Assembly (NCBI GenBank): GCA_963758915.1
Contig: CAVWXH010000016.1
Location: 192,001 to 256,000, forward strand
Direction: 5' to 3'
Length of the DNA: 64,000 nucleotides
Source: an uncultured Methanomicrobiales archaeon
GTDB taxonomy: Archaea; Halobacteriota; Methanomicrobia; Methanomicrobiales; Methanospirillaceae
Part shown: in pieces, positions 52,728 through 63,784 of the stretch
Layout: each line of letters starts with the position of its first letter
Numbering within the stretch: the stretch's first letter is position 1
Position numbers and translations under genes: made by a program
The notes under the pieces: model-generated
What the model saw: only the letters and a program-made list of their open reading frames with translations
The model's database searches: none
What the model was told of the DNA's origin: nothing

Positions 52728-52889
52728 ATGATGGAAAAGCATGGTAGTCAGGTATGCAGGTATACCTCTGATCCCGCAGAGGGAGATCCGGATGCAGGAA
52801 TAAATCCAGGTACAGCATTTACATCACTTACTGGTACCTGGCATTGCCCGGTCTATGAATCCCCAAAAGAAAAATTTACCATGATGTAA
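52728..52889 (+). pseudogene. Degenerate rubredoxin (two of four Cys lost); not in the ORF track
   Basis: MEKHGSQVCRYTSDPAEGDPDAGINPGTAFTSLTGTWHCPVYESPKEKF aligns with the rubredoxin pattern CxxCG.YDP..GDP..G..PGT.F..L...W.CP.C. Confidence 0.75.
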
Positions 52890-54096
52890 TGGGAAGTGCA
52901 ATAATGGTTTTCAGAACTGTAACTCCGGACTGTTACTCAATTGCTGCGCTCGATTTTGATCGGCGACTTTTTGATGCTCTTATCCCATTACCTGATGGGA
53001 CAAGTTATAATGCATATCTGATCAGGGGGAGTCAGAAGACTGCACTTATTGACACGGTTGACCCCGCAAAAGAGCTGGAACTGGTATCTGATCTGATCCG
53101 TCATGGCGTGGATTCGATAGATTATGTGGTTATTAATCATGCTGAGCAGGACCATTCGGGGTCCCTGCCGATGGTCCTCGAGTTGTTTCCAGTCATCAAA
53201 AGTAGTGACTAATGAGAAGTGCAGGGACCTGCTAATCCATCACCTCGATCTGGAGGAAGACCGGTTTATTACTATTAAGGACCGGGAAACGCTCTCGCTT
53301 GGGAATAAAACACTCGAATTTATCATTGCACCGTGGGTCCACTGGCCTGAAACAATGCTCACCTATCTGAGGGAGGACCGTATCCTTTTTTCATGTGACC
53401 TGTTCGGTATTCATTATGCAACCAGTGACCTGTTCCTGAAAGATGAAAAGACCCTGTATACTGCTGCCAAGCGGTATTATGCAGAAATTATGATGCCTTT
53501 CCGGGCCAGCATCAAAGGGCATATGGAAAAAATCGGAGCACTGGATATTGAGATCATTGCGCCGAGCCACGGTCCTGTCCATAATAATCCAGGTTTTATT
53601 CTCAATGCGTATAATGAATGGATATCAGATTCGGTAAAGAATGAAGTTGTGATCCCCTATGTATCGATGCATGGCAGTACCGAAAAACATGGTGGACCAT
53701 CTGACCAATGCGTTAATTGAGCGGGGGATCGCGGTAAAACCCTTCGATATGACGGTTACCGATACCGGTAACCTTGCAATGTCGCTGGTGGATGCTGCGA
53801 CGGTGGTAATCGCTACCCCTACCGTTCTGTTCGGCCCTCACCCCCAGATTGTTTATGCAACCTACCTTGCGAATATGCTCCACCCCAAAGTAAAATTTGC
53901 ATCGATAATAGGTTCCTATGGCTGGGGTGGTAAGACAACTGATATTTTAAAAGCCATGATGACCCATATCAAACCCGAGCTGCTTGAACCGGTGCTTGTT
54001 CAGGGATTGCCGGGAGAAACCAGTACCAGGGGCCTCGACCGTCTTGCAGATGATATTGCACGGAAACATAAAGAAATCGGACTGCTACCACCATGA
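52889..54096 (+). pseudogene. fprA: Flavodiiron protein FprA, split by two 1-nt frameshifts (near 53191 and 53687)
   Basis: GTSYNAYL, NHAEQDHSG, HWPE, SCDLFG, PSHGP; flavodoxin SMHGST and GSYGWGG across three ORFs. Confidence 0.85.
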
Positions 54097-54441
54097 GTAA
54101 CGGTAGCAGCCATTCACATCTGCATCTATACCCCTGTTTTTTAATCAGGTCATGGAATTCCTGTCAGGATGTTCCCAAGGCCCCGCCCTGCTGAATCTGA
54201 TAGGTGTCAAAGATACCCCGGAAGGTAGTGCTGTTACCTAATCCGGAGGTGACCCGCCAGGAAATTTTCAGGGCAGAAATATAGTTGGAATGTAGATTAT
54301 TGCTTAATTCAAAGGCATAATTGAATAATTTCCCTCCAGAATACTGGCCAATATAATTCCCGCCTGGTACCACAGAAAATCAACTCTTTTTACTTTAACA
54401 TCAGAAAATTGAATAACCTCACAGTCCAACCTGTTATCCCA

Positions 54442-55254
54442 ATGAAGCAGATCGCCCTGTACGGAAAGGGTGGTATCGGCAAGTCCACCACATCGGCCAA
54501 CCTGTCAGCAGCACTGGCAGAGAAGGGACTCGATATTCTCCAGATTGGGTGTGATCCCAAGCGTGACAGCACACGAATGCTGATGCAGGGCAGGTTCATC
54601 CCTACGGTAATGGACCATGTAAGGAAAGAAGGCGATAATGACGTCAGACTTGAAGATATTATGTTCACGGGGTACCGGGGAGTACGGTGCGTCGAGGCAG
54701 GAGGGCCTGAACCCGGTGTAGGGTGTGCCGGACGTGGAATTATTGCCACCTTCCAGATCCTTGAACGCCTTGGTGCTCTGAAAGGGGACATTATTGTCTA
54801 CGATGTCCTTGGAGACGTGGTATGCGGTGGGTTTGCTATGCCGATGCGTGAAGGCTATGCGCAGGAGGTCTACCTTGTCACGTCGGGGGAACTCATGTCC
54901 TTATACGCTGCAAATAATATCTGCAAGGCTATCCAACGCCTGTCCCTGAGGGCGAAGAACCGGTGCCGCCTTGCAGGTGTTATTTGTAATTCAAAAAATA
55001 TGGAAAACGAAGAGGAACTCGTACTCGAATTTTCGAAACGGATCAACAGCCGGCTTATCCATTTCATTCCCCGTGACAGGACTGTCCAGCTGGCCGAACT
55101 TCATAAAAAAACCGTGATTGAATATGCACCCGGGTCTCCTCAGGCAGGGGTATACCGGTCACTTGCAGGGATTGTTGCGACGAATGAACAGTTTACAATT
55201 CCCAATCCGCTGGATACCGATGAGCTTGAATCCCTTGCCTTTGAGTATATCTAG
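54442..55254 (+). CDS. cfbC: NifH-like Fe protein (group IV; probable CfbC-type reductase)
   Basis: [39 protein letters not shown]; the cfb cluster in this window lacks cfbC. Confidence 0.65.
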   Translation: MKQIALYGKGGIGKSTTSANLSAALAEKGLDILQIGCDPKRDSTRMLMQGRFIPTVMDHVRKEGDNDVRLEDIMFTGYRGVRCVEAGGPEPGVGCAGRGIIATFQILERLGALKGDIIVYDVLGDVVCGGFAMPMREGYAQEVYLVTSGELMSLYAANNICKAIQRLSLRAKNRCRLAGVICNSKNMENEEELVLEFSKRINSRLIHFIPRDRTVQLAELHKKTVIEYAPGSPQAGVYRSLAGIVATNEQFTIPNPLDTDELESLAFEYI

Positions 55255-56287
55255 GACCGGCGGGTGCACCCTTACCGGGGCGCTTGCGGTCACCACCGGG
55301 ATTAAGGACTCAGTTACAATAATTCATGGTCCTCCGGGTTGTGCGCATCATAATTTTTCTCTGCTTCATGCGACTATCCTTGATAATGACTGCCTGGTAA
55401 TCCCCAGCGTCATGTCTTCGGGGATGTCTGAACACGATGTGATATTCGGAGGCGAGGAAGCGCTAATGAGGACGATTAAGGAAGTGGCTTCCGGTGATCC
55501 TGGAATAATATTCGTACTTTCGACATGTATCACCGAGACGATTGGTGACGATGTTCTTGCGGTTACTGAGAATGCGGGAGTTCCTGTCTGCATGGTACCT
55601 ACCGGGGGATTTTTAGGAGGAGATTTTGAAAAAGGTTTTTCCAAAGCCCTCATCGCAGTTTCAAATCTTGCCCTGCCGGTGGTCATTATTCCTGAATGTT
55701 ACCAGAAAATTAAGGGCTCGGTTAATCTGATTGGAGAGAAAAACCTCGAATACGAGGTGGAACAAAACTTCTTGGAAGTTAAGCGCCTGGTTTCCCTGCT
55801 AAACCTTACAATCAATCTCCGTTTTGCCCATGATATCATCCGCTCCGATATTAACCGTCTTCCCCTCGCATCGGTGAATATTTTAAGAGAACCTGCACTG
55901 TCTGGGGTTGGTGATCACCTGCAGTCCATGTTCGGGACGCCGTATATCAGTTCATTTCCCCTGGGTATCAGCGGGACGCTGTCTTTTATCAGGAATGTCG
56001 CCGTCCGGTCAGGATTATGTCCGGATGATGCGTTAGAGAGTGAAAAGGAACGTCACAAGGAGATATTAGAAGGATTTTCAGACCTTCATGGCGCTCCGGT
56101 ACGGCTGATTATTCCGGCAGAGGGACCGGAATACCTGCTGATCAAGGAGATCTCCCGTGCAATCGGACTCAGGGAATCACCTGAAGGGACCATATTGCCG
56201 GTGCCTTACCCATTTCCGGTCGGTACAAGTGGTATGAAAAGGATGCTCCATCTTTGGAGGAGGACACTTACATGCCGGGCTGCTTAA
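55220..56287 (+). CDS. Short nitrogenase component 1-like subunit (NifD/E-like)
   Basis: GC...HGPPGC...VIFGGEE.L...[11 protein letters not shown]; about 355 aa. Confidence 0.85.
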   Translation: MSLNPLPLSISRTGGCTLTGALAVTTGIKDSVTIIHGPPGCAHHNFSLLHATILDNDCLVIPSVMSSGMSEHDVIFGGEEALMRTIKEVASGDPGIIFVLSTCITETIGDDVLAVTENAGVPVCMVPTGGFLGGDFEKGFSKALIAVSNLALPVVIIPECYQKIKGSVNLIGEKNLEYEVEQNFLEVKRLVSLLNLTINLRFAHDIIRSDINRLPLASVNILREPALSGVGDHLQSMFGTPYISSFPLGISGTLSFIRNVAVRSGLCPDDALESEKERHKEILEGFSDLHGAPVRLIIPAEGPEYLLIKEISRAIGLRESPEGTILPVPYPFPVGTSGMKRMLHLWRRTLTCRAA

Positions 56288-57408
56288 ACCCTGTATGGCC
56301 ATGTGCGCTGACCGGGGCGGTTGCGGCATTATCTGGCTTCTCTGGTATAGCTGTCGTAATTCACGGCTCAAGTGGCTGTTATTTTTACCCGGCCACGTTG
56401 TTGCACAATGATCTCCACAGCACCTTTCTGGTCGAGCAGGAAGTGATCTTCGGTACGAGTGAACGTCTTGTAGAAGTCGTGAAGGAACTTTCCCGGACCT
56501 ACAAAAAAGTAGCAGTTGTCAATTCGTGTGTCCCTTCCATTCTTGGGGAGGATATCAGGGATATTCTGTCAGAATATAATATAATTTTTGTAGATCGCCC
56601 CGGATTTACCGGAGAATTCGAATCCGGCTATCTTAGTGCAGTGAAGGACCTTCCGGTTTGTGTCGGTCAGGGCACCGACAGGGTGAATATTGAAGGGATA
56701 AATCTCATCGACCCGTTCGTGCGTGGTAACCAGCGGGAGGCAGAACGCCTGCTGCAACTGATGGGGGTTTCTGCAGGTACAATATTCTGCCATGACTCGT
56801 ATGAGTCACTCAGTAGTACGGCCGGTTTTTCAGTCACGGTAAATCCAGACCTTTCTGCAGGAATAGGGCAAGAAATAGGCTCATTTCTAGGTCTTCCTGC
56901 AATAAGTAAAACGGCCTGCACTCTTGCAGACAGCTTTTGTAATGCAGAGACCCGCGGAATTGAAAAAGAGATCATACTTGTTGAAGAACGTATTACAAAA
57001 GCAGCAGATAAATACCTGAAACGATTTGATCCGCCCTCGGTAGCCATTTTTACTACCTGTTCATATTCCAGGTTTGCGGCGGCAACCTTACAGAAGTACC
57101 TTGATGCCGATATTCTCTACTGCGGGTCACGAAATGAACCCGGGAATTCATGTACCGCGGCTACGAAAGTTACTTCCCTGGCAATAATTGAGTCGGCGAT
57201 CCGTAAGCATGCTCCCGACCTGGTTATCGGGTCCACCTTTGAACGTTCGGTTGCAGGAAATGCGGCTTTTATCGGACTTACCCCTCCTATCCGTGGTGAG
57301 TTCCGGCTTTCATCGAAACCACTCGCCGGTACAGAAGGGGAACTGTCCTTCATGGAGGACATTCTGAACGCCTGCATGGACTTCCAACAGCGGAAACCCA
57401 TTAAATAG
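56272..57408 (+). CDS. Short nitrogenase component 1-like subunit (NifK/N-like)
   Basis: NPVWPC...HGSSGC...VIFG...NSCVPSILGED, PDLVIGSTFE; GGAGG Shine-Dalgarno; about 378 aa. Confidence 0.85.
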   Translation: MPGCLNPVWPCALTGAVAALSGFSGIAVVIHGSSGCYFYPATLLHNDLHSTFLVEQEVIFGTSERLVEVVKELSRTYKKVAVVNSCVPSILGEDIRDILSEYNIIFVDRPGFTGEFESGYLSAVKDLPVCVGQGTDRVNIEGINLIDPFVRGNQREAERLLQLMGVSAGTIFCHDSYESLSSTAGFSVTVNPDLSAGIGQEIGSFLGLPAISKTACTLADSFCNAETRGIEKEIILVEERITKAADKYLKRFDPPSVAIFTTCSYSRFAAATLQKYLDADILYCGSRNEPGNSCTAATKVTSLAIIESAIRKHAPDLVIGSTFERSVAGNAAFIGLTPPIRGEFRLSSKPLAGTEGELSFMEDILNACMDFQQRKPIK

Positions 57409-57514
57409 CCCCGAATGAGCGTATCAGTATTTCTTATTTTCTTCCGGTGTTTTTTTATCACTTTCACCCCGCGCATATCGAGATTTTATATACCGTTATA
57501 GTTAGAGAGAATCT

Positions 57515-57955
57515 TTGGCAGACGAGATGACCATGATTTCTAAAGCGGGATACTTTCAACAGAACGGGTATGCGGCACTCGATGACGAAGGAAAGCCAGA
57601 GCACATCGCTGAGTTGAATATCCACGGGACAAAATACGGGATTAGAATAGAAGAACTGAAAGAGGCACTCTATGGGCGCAACCCGGCACGGGTTGAGCGG
57701 GTGTTCCAGAACTGGCAGCAGTACCTGGGGGGCATCGCAGGGCTTGCCCGTATATCCCGTTCGGGAAAGGCATTGAATATTGAACTGGTCGAAGGGGGAA
57801 GATATACTGTCGCTCTTGACTCCCTGGTTTCAGCGCTTTCGCGGCGGGGTGTGTATGCATCGGTCGGAGAGATTCCGGAGACTGTTACTTCGTGGGACAT
57901 CAGTGGACGAAGAATCGCACAGGGTCAGCAGACAATTCCGGTACATGCTACATAA
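57515..57955 (+). CDS. Hypothetical protein
   Basis: 146-aa ORF behind a TTTTATA box; contains SRSGKALNI. Confidence 0.6.
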   Translation: MADEMTMISKAGYFQQNGYAALDDEGKPEHIAELNIHGTKYGIRIEELKEALYGRNPARVERVFQNWQQYLGGIAGLARISRSGKALNIELVEGGRYTVALDSLVSALSRRGVYASVGEIPETVTSWDISGRRIAQGQQTIPVHAT

Positions 57956-59114
57956 TCCGGGAATATTCGTTAGTACGACATAAAAATGAGAGAGTAATCA
58001 GGTCTTTAATTACTAGATCTGCAATAGCATCACCGACGCCGGATGTCCCCAACAGACCCCCCATATCTTTTGTTACATTTCCTGAAAGAATACATTTCTC
58101 TATTGCACTGACAATTGCAGCAGCAGCTTGATGTTCCCCGATATGGTCGAGGAGCATGGAACCCGCCCAGATGGTGGCCATCGGGTTCGCAACCCCCAAT
58201 CCCTTGTACTTCGGAGCAGACCCGTGAATAGGTTCAAACATCGAGGTCCCTTCAGGATTGATGTTACCGCCCGGGGCAAGGCCAAGACCCCCCTGTATCA
58301 TTGCACCAAGATCAGTGATAATATCACCAAACATGTTCGGGGTGACCACTACATCGAACCATTCCGGGTTCTTTACGAACCACATCGTGATGGCATCGAC
58401 AAAATTAAACTCCGTCGTAACCCCGGGGTGTCCTGATGCACTTTCAAGAAAAACGTCCCGCCAGAGGCCATATATATCAGACAGCACATTTGCCTTGTCT
58501 ACTGAGGTCAATTTCTTCTTACGTCTCTCTGCGAGGTCAAAGGAGTAATCAATTACGCGACGGGCTCCTTCCCTGGTAATAACCCCTATCTGGTAGGCGA
58601 TCTCTTCCGCATCGCTCTCCACATCGAGGTCGAATTTTACGTTATAGAGTTCACGGTTGATTAATAACTCAATGCTCTGTTTCTTTTTGAACCGGGAACC
58701 AATTCCAACGTAGAAGTCCTCGGTGTTTTCTCTCACCACGACAAAGTCGATATCTTCCGGACGCTTTCCGGCAAGTGGTGTTGTCACACCTTCCAGCAGG
58801 CGGATTGGTCGTAGATTAATATATTGATCAAAGTAAAAGCGGAGGCTTAGAAGGATTCCTTTCTCCAGGATTCCCGGTTTAACCCGTTCATCCCCGATAG
58901 CCCCGAAATAGATCGCCGGGAACGCTGATAATTCTTTTAAGTCCGTCTCGGTGAGTAGGGTTCCTGTTTTAAGGTACCGTTCAGCACCGATATCAAAGTC
59001 AGTCCACCGGATGTCAAAGTTGAACCGCTCTCCGGCTGCGTCCAGGACTTTTTTTCCTTCAAGAATAATTTCCGGCCCTATTCCGTCGCCACCTATTGAT
59101 GCGATGCGATACAT
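57948..59114 (-). CDS. leuB: 3-isopropylmalate/homoisocitrate dehydrogenase family
   Basis: [29 protein letters not shown]. Confidence 0.8.
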   Translation of the reverse strand: MYRIASIGGDGIGPEIILEGKKVLDAAGERFNFDIRWTDFDIGAERYLKTGTLLTETDLKELSAFPAIYFGAIGDERVKPGILEKGILLSLRFYFDQYINLRPIRLLEGVTTPLAGKRPEDIDFVVVRENTEDFYVGIGSRFKKKQSIELLINRELYNVKFDLDVESDAEEIAYQIGVITREGARRVIDYSFDLAERRKKKLTSVDKANVLSDIYGLWRDVFLESASGHPGVTTEFNFVDAITMWFVKNPEWFDVVVTPNMFGDIITDLGAMIQGGLGLAPGGNINPEGTSMFEPIHGSAPKYKGLGVANPMATIWAGSMLLDHIGEHQAAAAIVSAIEKCILSGNVTKDMGGLLGTSGVGDAIADLVIKDLITLSFLCRTNEYSRIM

Positions 59115-59593
59115 AGCGGCACCTCCTGAAATTCCCGGGCATATTCCACCAGACCACCTGAGTTTACAATTTTCATCAGGAAATCAGGAATAGGCTCTAT
59201 GGGCAGCTTCTTCCCCTCAACAATGAGATGACCCCCTGTTAAATCAACCATTACACTGTTCCCTTCGATAATGGAACCCGCTTTATCGCAGATAACAGGA
59301 AGCAGCCCGACGTTTATCGCATTCCGGTAAAAAATCCGTGCGAATGATTCGGCTATCACCATGGTAATCCCGGCCCCCTTCAATGCAATCGGTGCATGCT
59401 CACGGGATGACCCGCATCCAAAATTCTTACCGGCAACAATAACGTCCCCCATTTTCACTTCACTGGCAAATTCGTCCCGTATGCCTTCAAATGCATGTTT
59501 TGCGAGTTCATGGGGATCGTAAATGGTAAGGAACCTTCCGGGTATTATTGCATCAGTGTCGATATTATCTCCAAATTTCCATATTCGCATCAT
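59093..59593 (-). CDS. leuD: Isopropylmalate isomerase/homoaconitase small subunit
   Basis: [31 protein letters not shown]; LeuD versus HacB not resolved. Confidence 0.75.
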   Translation of the reverse strand: MMRIWKFGDNIDTDAIIPGRFLTIYDPHELAKHAFEGIRDEFASEVKMGDVIVAGKNFGCGSSREHAPIALKGAGITMVIAESFARIFYRNAINVGLLPVICDKAGSIIEGNSVMVDLTGGHLIVEGKKLPIEPIPDFLMKIVNSGGLVEYAREFQEVPLCIASHQ

Positions 59594-60843
59594 CCCACCT
59601 CCCGTGGATCAGTTATTTCACCATACATGGCGCTTGCAGCTGCTGTGGCAGGTGAACAAAGGTAAACTGAAGCACCGGTACTCCCCTGGCGGCCCTTAAA
59701 ATTACGGTTGGACGTTGATAGTGAGACCTCTCCCGGCGCCAGGAGCCCGAATGCACCTCCCATGCATGGCCCGCAGCAGGGGGCTTCAACAAGTGCACCT
59801 GCTGTAACGAAACGTTCTACCAGTCCCGCACGCAGGGTCTTTAAATATTCCTGCCGTGATGCAGGTATGATGATGACCCTGACGTTATCTGAGAACTTGC
59901 GGTTTCCAAGAACTTCGGCAACCTCAATAAAATCTTCAAACCGCCCGTTCGTGCAGGAACCGATAAACACCTGGTCGATGGTTGTCCCGGCAACTTTTGT
60001 CACATCAACTCCAAGGTCGACATTATGAGGTTCTGCGACCTGTGGTGGAAGGTTTGTCACATTATAGGCCCGTTCATCGATGAAAGATGCATTATTATCG
60101 CTTTCCAGCAAAAAAGGTATCACATCCCGTAACCTGCTGATGTAGTCCCATGTAATGGTATCCGGTGGTACTATCCCTGCTTTTGCGCCCATCTCAATTG
60201 CCATGTTACAGCAGGTCATACGCCCTGACATGTCCATGGCCTTCATGGTGTCTCCGGTAAATTCAATCGCCTTGTACGTGGCCCCGTCGGCACCGATATC
60301 TGCTGCTACAGCGAGGATCAGGTCTTTTGGCCCTACTCTTTTCTGAAAAGAACCATTGGTAGTTACCCTGATAGTTTCCGGTACACGGAAATATAATGCT
60401 CCGAATTTCAGGGCAAATCCCATGTCTGTAGAGCCGATACCTGTTGCAAAGGCACCTCCGGCTCCATACATACAGGTGTGGGAATCTGCACCTACGACGA
60501 TCTCACCGGGTGCTGCTTTACCCATCTCCATGGTCACCTGGTGGCATACACCCTCCCGGAGATCATAATTATATATTCCCTGTTCTTTTGCAAAATTTCG
60601 CATATACACATGATTTTCAGCAGCTTCTATTGAGTCAGCAGGGATCTGGTGGTCAAAGAGCATGGTGACCCTTTCCGGACTGTGGACCTGTTTCCCTCCC
60701 ATTTCATAAAATTTCCGGATGGCAAGGGGCCCCGTAATATCGTGGATCATGGCGTTATCCACAGGAGCCATGACTACTTCACCTGCACAGACATCCTTTT
60801 TACATTTCATCGAAAATATTTTCTCAACTATCGTTGCACCCAT
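59590..60843 (-). CDS. leuC: Isopropylmalate isomerase/homoaconitase large subunit
   Basis: DSHTC, GSCTNGR, CGPCMG, NRNF.GRQG; LeuC versus HacA not resolved. Confidence 0.78.
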   Translation of the reverse strand: MGATIVEKIFSMKCKKDVCAGEVVMAPVDNAMIHDITGPLAIRKFYEMGGKQVHSPERVTMLFDHQIPADSIEAAENHVYMRNFAKEQGIYNYDLREGVCHQVTMEMGKAAPGEIVVGADSHTCMYGAGGAFATGIGSTDMGFALKFGALYFRVPETIRVTTNGSFQKRVGPKDLILAVAADIGADGATYKAIEFTGDTMKAMDMSGRMTCCNMAIEMGAKAGIVPPDTITWDYISRLRDVIPFLLESDNNASFIDERAYNVTNLPPQVAEPHNVDLGVDVTKVAGTTIDQVFIGSCTNGRFEDFIEVAEVLGNRKFSDNVRVIIIPASRQEYLKTLRAGLVERFVTAGALVEAPCCGPCMGGAFGLLAPGEVSLSTSNRNFKGRQGSTGASVYLCSPATAAASAMYGEITDPREVG

Positions 60844-61066
60844 GCTCGATCACCTGTTACATTAGATTTTTTATTATATTCCATTTTGGGTTGACTCCTC
60901 TGCTTTCTGTCACAAAAAAAAGTTATCTGTTCTGTTAATGCCTTCTTCCCTGTTGACCGGGGTCTTATTCTTAATTTATTCAAACAGAATCCGGATAAAT
61001 TTGTTGGATTGTACCGTTAATAACCCTTTTAATGCTGAATGCCGTATCTTATCACGGATTTAAATA

Positions 61067-61507
61067 ATGGAAAGAAATATCGGATTCAAAGAAAGGAGAT
61101 ATATTGAGGAATTACGGATCCTCACAAAGTCAACAGCACTTGATTGTGTGATTGATGAGCGTTTCTGCCGGGTAATATATGTTGTAAAAGTTGGTGATAT
61201 GGGTCTGGCCATAGGGAAAAAAGGTGAAAATATCCGGAGGATGCAGAATGTACTTGGAAAAAGGATTGAGATGGTGGAGTACGCCGATTCATTGGATGAA
61301 TTCATCGTGAATATCTTCAGGCCGGCTGAAATAGATCATATCCGGAAAAAGAACGGCGAATTACAGGTAGACATATTTCTAAAGAATAAAAATGATCTTG
61401 GGATTGCTATTGGTAAAGGAGGATGCAATATTGAGAAAGGGCGTATACTTCTGAAACGCTTTTTCGGTTATGATTTATGTGAAGTGCTTGCGGAAGGTGT
61501 AGAATGA
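61067..61507 (+). CDS. nusA: Archaeal NusA (two KH domains)
   Basis: GLAIGKKGENI and GIAIGKGGCNI GxxG loops. Confidence 0.9.
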   Translation: MERNIGFKERRYIEELRILTKSTALDCVIDERFCRVIYVVKVGDMGLAIGKKGENIRRMQNVLGKRIEMVEYADSLDEFIVNIFRPAEIDHIRKKNGELQVDIFLKNKNDLGIAIGKGGCNIEKGRILLKRFFGYDLCEVLAEGVE

Positions 61508-61797
61508 GTGAAACGGAAGTCCTCGACGAACTGTTCAGGGTAATCGATGATAGAATTGTAAACCCGAAACCCGGGTCATATGTGAGCGGTCTTGTTACGG
61601 ACCCGAAAGGGATTGACAAGGTCCTGGAAAAAGTGGGTGAAGAGACTACCGAGTTTATTATTGCCATGAAAAACGGTATCCCGCGGCGTACCATTGAAGA
61701 GGCGGCTGACCTGCAGTTCCACCTCCTTATAGCGCTTCGGCTTGCCGGAATTGATCTCTCCGATCTTATGACCGAGTTAAAAAAACGAAGACGTTAG
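61504..61797 (+). CDS. hisE: Phosphoribosyl-ATP pyrophosphatase
   Basis: SYVS.L, EKVGEE..E, EAADL.FH. Confidence 0.93.
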   Translation: MSETEVLDELFRVIDDRIVNPKPGSYVSGLVTDPKGIDKVLEKVGEETTEFIIAMKNGIPRRTIEEAADLQFHLLIALRLAGIDLSDLMTELKKRRR

Positions 61798-61953
61798 AGA
61801 TTTTCTTAAAAAAACTGATATCTGAATTATTTAAAGGGTAACTATTTTTTTATAACAGGCAACAGTTATATCAATTCTAATAATTTTTTGTATCATTCTG
61901 CTGTGATACTACAGGTAAATTAATTTTCAAAATCCAGGTTTTTCCCCAGTTAT

Positions 61954-62418
61954 TCATCCATAGAGGAACGCCTGTAGTCCAATAAACGGGGGGAGATCTC
62001 TGTTCTGTAACCCGGATGATTCTGCCACCGCTCGTTCAAGGAATATATTGGATTTACATCGTATTGCAATTGCAATTCCATCACTCGGGCGGCAGTCTAT
62101 CATTTCCTCGTGATTGTCCCTGTAGAGCATGAGATTTGCATAATATACCCCTTCCTCGAGAGAGTCGATGTGGAGGGCCCTGAGTGTGACCTGGTAACGG
62201 TTCAGGAATTCGAGAAAAAGGTCATGGGTCAGGGGTCGTGGAGTTATTTCATTATGTAATGCAGTATTGATAGAAATTGCTTCCCAAAGCCCGATATATA
62301 TCGGGAGGCAGGTGTCACAAGCCATATCAAGAATTACTGCAGGTGAAGTACCTGCTTGTGATACCGCAACAAAAACCCCCCTGACACTGCAGGGAATCAG
62401 ATCCATGTGAGGATTCAT
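61954..62418 (-). CDS. Bifunctional nuclease family (DUF151)
   Basis: LPIYIG..EA, RPLTHDL, DCRPSDGIAIA. Confidence 0.9.
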   Translation of the reverse strand: MNPHMDLIPCSVRGVFVAVSQAGTSPAVILDMACDTCLPIYIGLWEAISINTALHNEITPRPLTHDLFLEFLNRYQVTLRALHIDSLEEGVYYANLMLYRDNHEEMIDCRPSDGIAIAIRCKSNIFLERAVAESSGLQNRDLPPFIGLQAFLYG

Positions 62419-62466
62419 CAGTCTGATTGATGATAAGAGTTCGCGTCAGGTCATGTGTCTCATAAA

Positions 62467-63039
62467 TCAGATCGCAAAAAGATCGCGGTTTCCCGTAATC
62501 CTGATAAGGCCTGCCCTGAGCGCGGCATCAAGCCAGCCATGTCCATAACTGAAACAGGCAAGTGCATCCTCGTTCCTCTGCACCTTCAAAAACATTTTCC
62601 CCCCGATCAGATAGGCCGTTGCCACGGCAATCACACGCTCACCTCCATCATACCAGTGGATACCTGTTTCAGAACCTGGTTTTGATGATGTAATGGCGCT
62701 ATCGAGAAGTCGTTCGTACCGGCAGGCTTTTTCAATAAGTTGATGATGATAATGGCTGGGAACCGGGGTCCCTTCTGACAAAAGGTTTCTGCAAAGGGTA
62801 CCGGACGCAAAAATTCCAATATAGTGACCGGTATCCAGCCAGCCCGCAGCATAGGCAAAACTTGCAAGTGCGTTTACAGGGTCACCGTTACCCATAAAAC
62901 ATCCCCCGTCCGCCAGGTAGCATTGAGCCATCCCGAGGATATCCCCGCCTGCGAGTGCAAGCAGGCTTCCACGTGGAGCCAGGATATCTGATTGTTCCAG
63001 GATTGCGGATAGATCCTTATGGAATGTGCTGATTTCCAT
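62467..63039 (-). CDS. Tandem DUF357 domain protein
   Basis: Two repeats: Y..DG..F...[17 protein letters not shown] and [13 protein letters not shown]. Confidence 0.82.
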   Translation of the reverse strand: MEISTFHKDLSAILEQSDILAPRGSLLALAGGDILGMAQCYLADGGCFMGNGDPVNALASFAYAAGWLDTGHYIGIFASGTLCRNLLSEGTPVPSHYHHQLIEKACRYERLLDSAITSSKPGSETGIHWYDGGERVIAVATAYLIGGKMFLKVQRNEDALACFSYGHGWLDAALRAGLIRITGNRDLFAI

Positions 63040-63784
63040 AACCTGCAAACACCTCCAGGTATTCGCGCTCCATATCATGGAGACCTGCGGGGATTACCAG
63101 GATATGAAGCGGCCCGCCGAAATCCGTAGTTCTCATGATATCTGCGTTACCTGCCCTTACCACGGGTTCCCGTGAACCCGCACGGGCTATCCCGACATAG
63201 CAGGAAATTTGAAATCCGGATTCCATAATCATGGGTTCGAGGAGATTTACCGCCTCCCGGATTGTCATATAACGGTTCTCCTGGATATCCAGGTAGACGA
63301 TGGTGTGCAGGTTATCAGCCAGATTTTTCCCGATCACCTGGGCCGGGGTAGTCGGGCACCATTTGCCATGGGGGAATGGAAGTGAACAGGACTTCCCAAA
63401 CCTGTAATTCTGCAGCCCTGAAAGACCACAGACTGCCGATACAATTGATGAACCATGAATAATTTCTGTCTTCACCCCCATGTGCGCAGCCCGTACCCGG
63501 AGATCGATGTGGGTGGTCGAGACCAACGGGTCGCCCCCGGTGAGAAAGACCACCTTCTTTGTCAGCGCTTCTGATAAGAACACTTCAGGGTGCTGTTCAA
63601 CGTCATCTCTTTTCAGGACCTCAAGGTCTTTCCCGTAATACCGCACCATCTCTTCCGGCGAGGTCCCGGTGAGGAGTGAGGTATATGCTTCGAGATAGAC
63701 CCGGTCAGCACTCCTGATAGCCTTTAAACCCTTCGCCGAGACATCTTCAAGGTCATAGAGGCCCAGCCCTACAAACGTAAGCAT
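63017..63784 (-). CDS. dph5: Diphthine synthase
   Basis: [39 protein letters not shown]. Confidence 0.95.
   Translation of the reverse strand: MLTFVGLGLYDLEDVSAKGLKAIRSADRVYLEAYTSLLTGTSPEEMVRYYGKDLEVLKRDDVEQHPEVFLSEALTKKVVFLTGGDPLVSTTHIDLRVRAAHMGVKTEIIHGSSIVSAVCGLSGLQNYRFGKSCSLPFPHGKWCPTTPAQVIGKNLADNLHTIVYLDIQENRYMTIREAVNLLEPMIMESGFQISCYVGIARAGSREPVVRAGNADIMRTTDFGGPLHILVIPAGLHDMEREYLEVFAGYGNQHIP

Noticed and set aside
54164-54373. 69-aa minus-strand ORF upstream of the nifH-like gene
   Set aside because: It has a GTG start and no recognisable motif; it may be a gene remnant but cannot be supported.
54442-57408. True nitrogen-fixation (nifHDK) operon
   Set aside because: The subunits are too short, FeMo-co ligands are not evident, nifB/E/N/I are absent from the window, and there is no nitrogen operator upstream.
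57948-58010. Novel C-terminal extension of the LeuB-like protein
   Set aside because: It runs through a T-rich terminator-like tract into the convergent gene and is more likely a lost stop or an indel.
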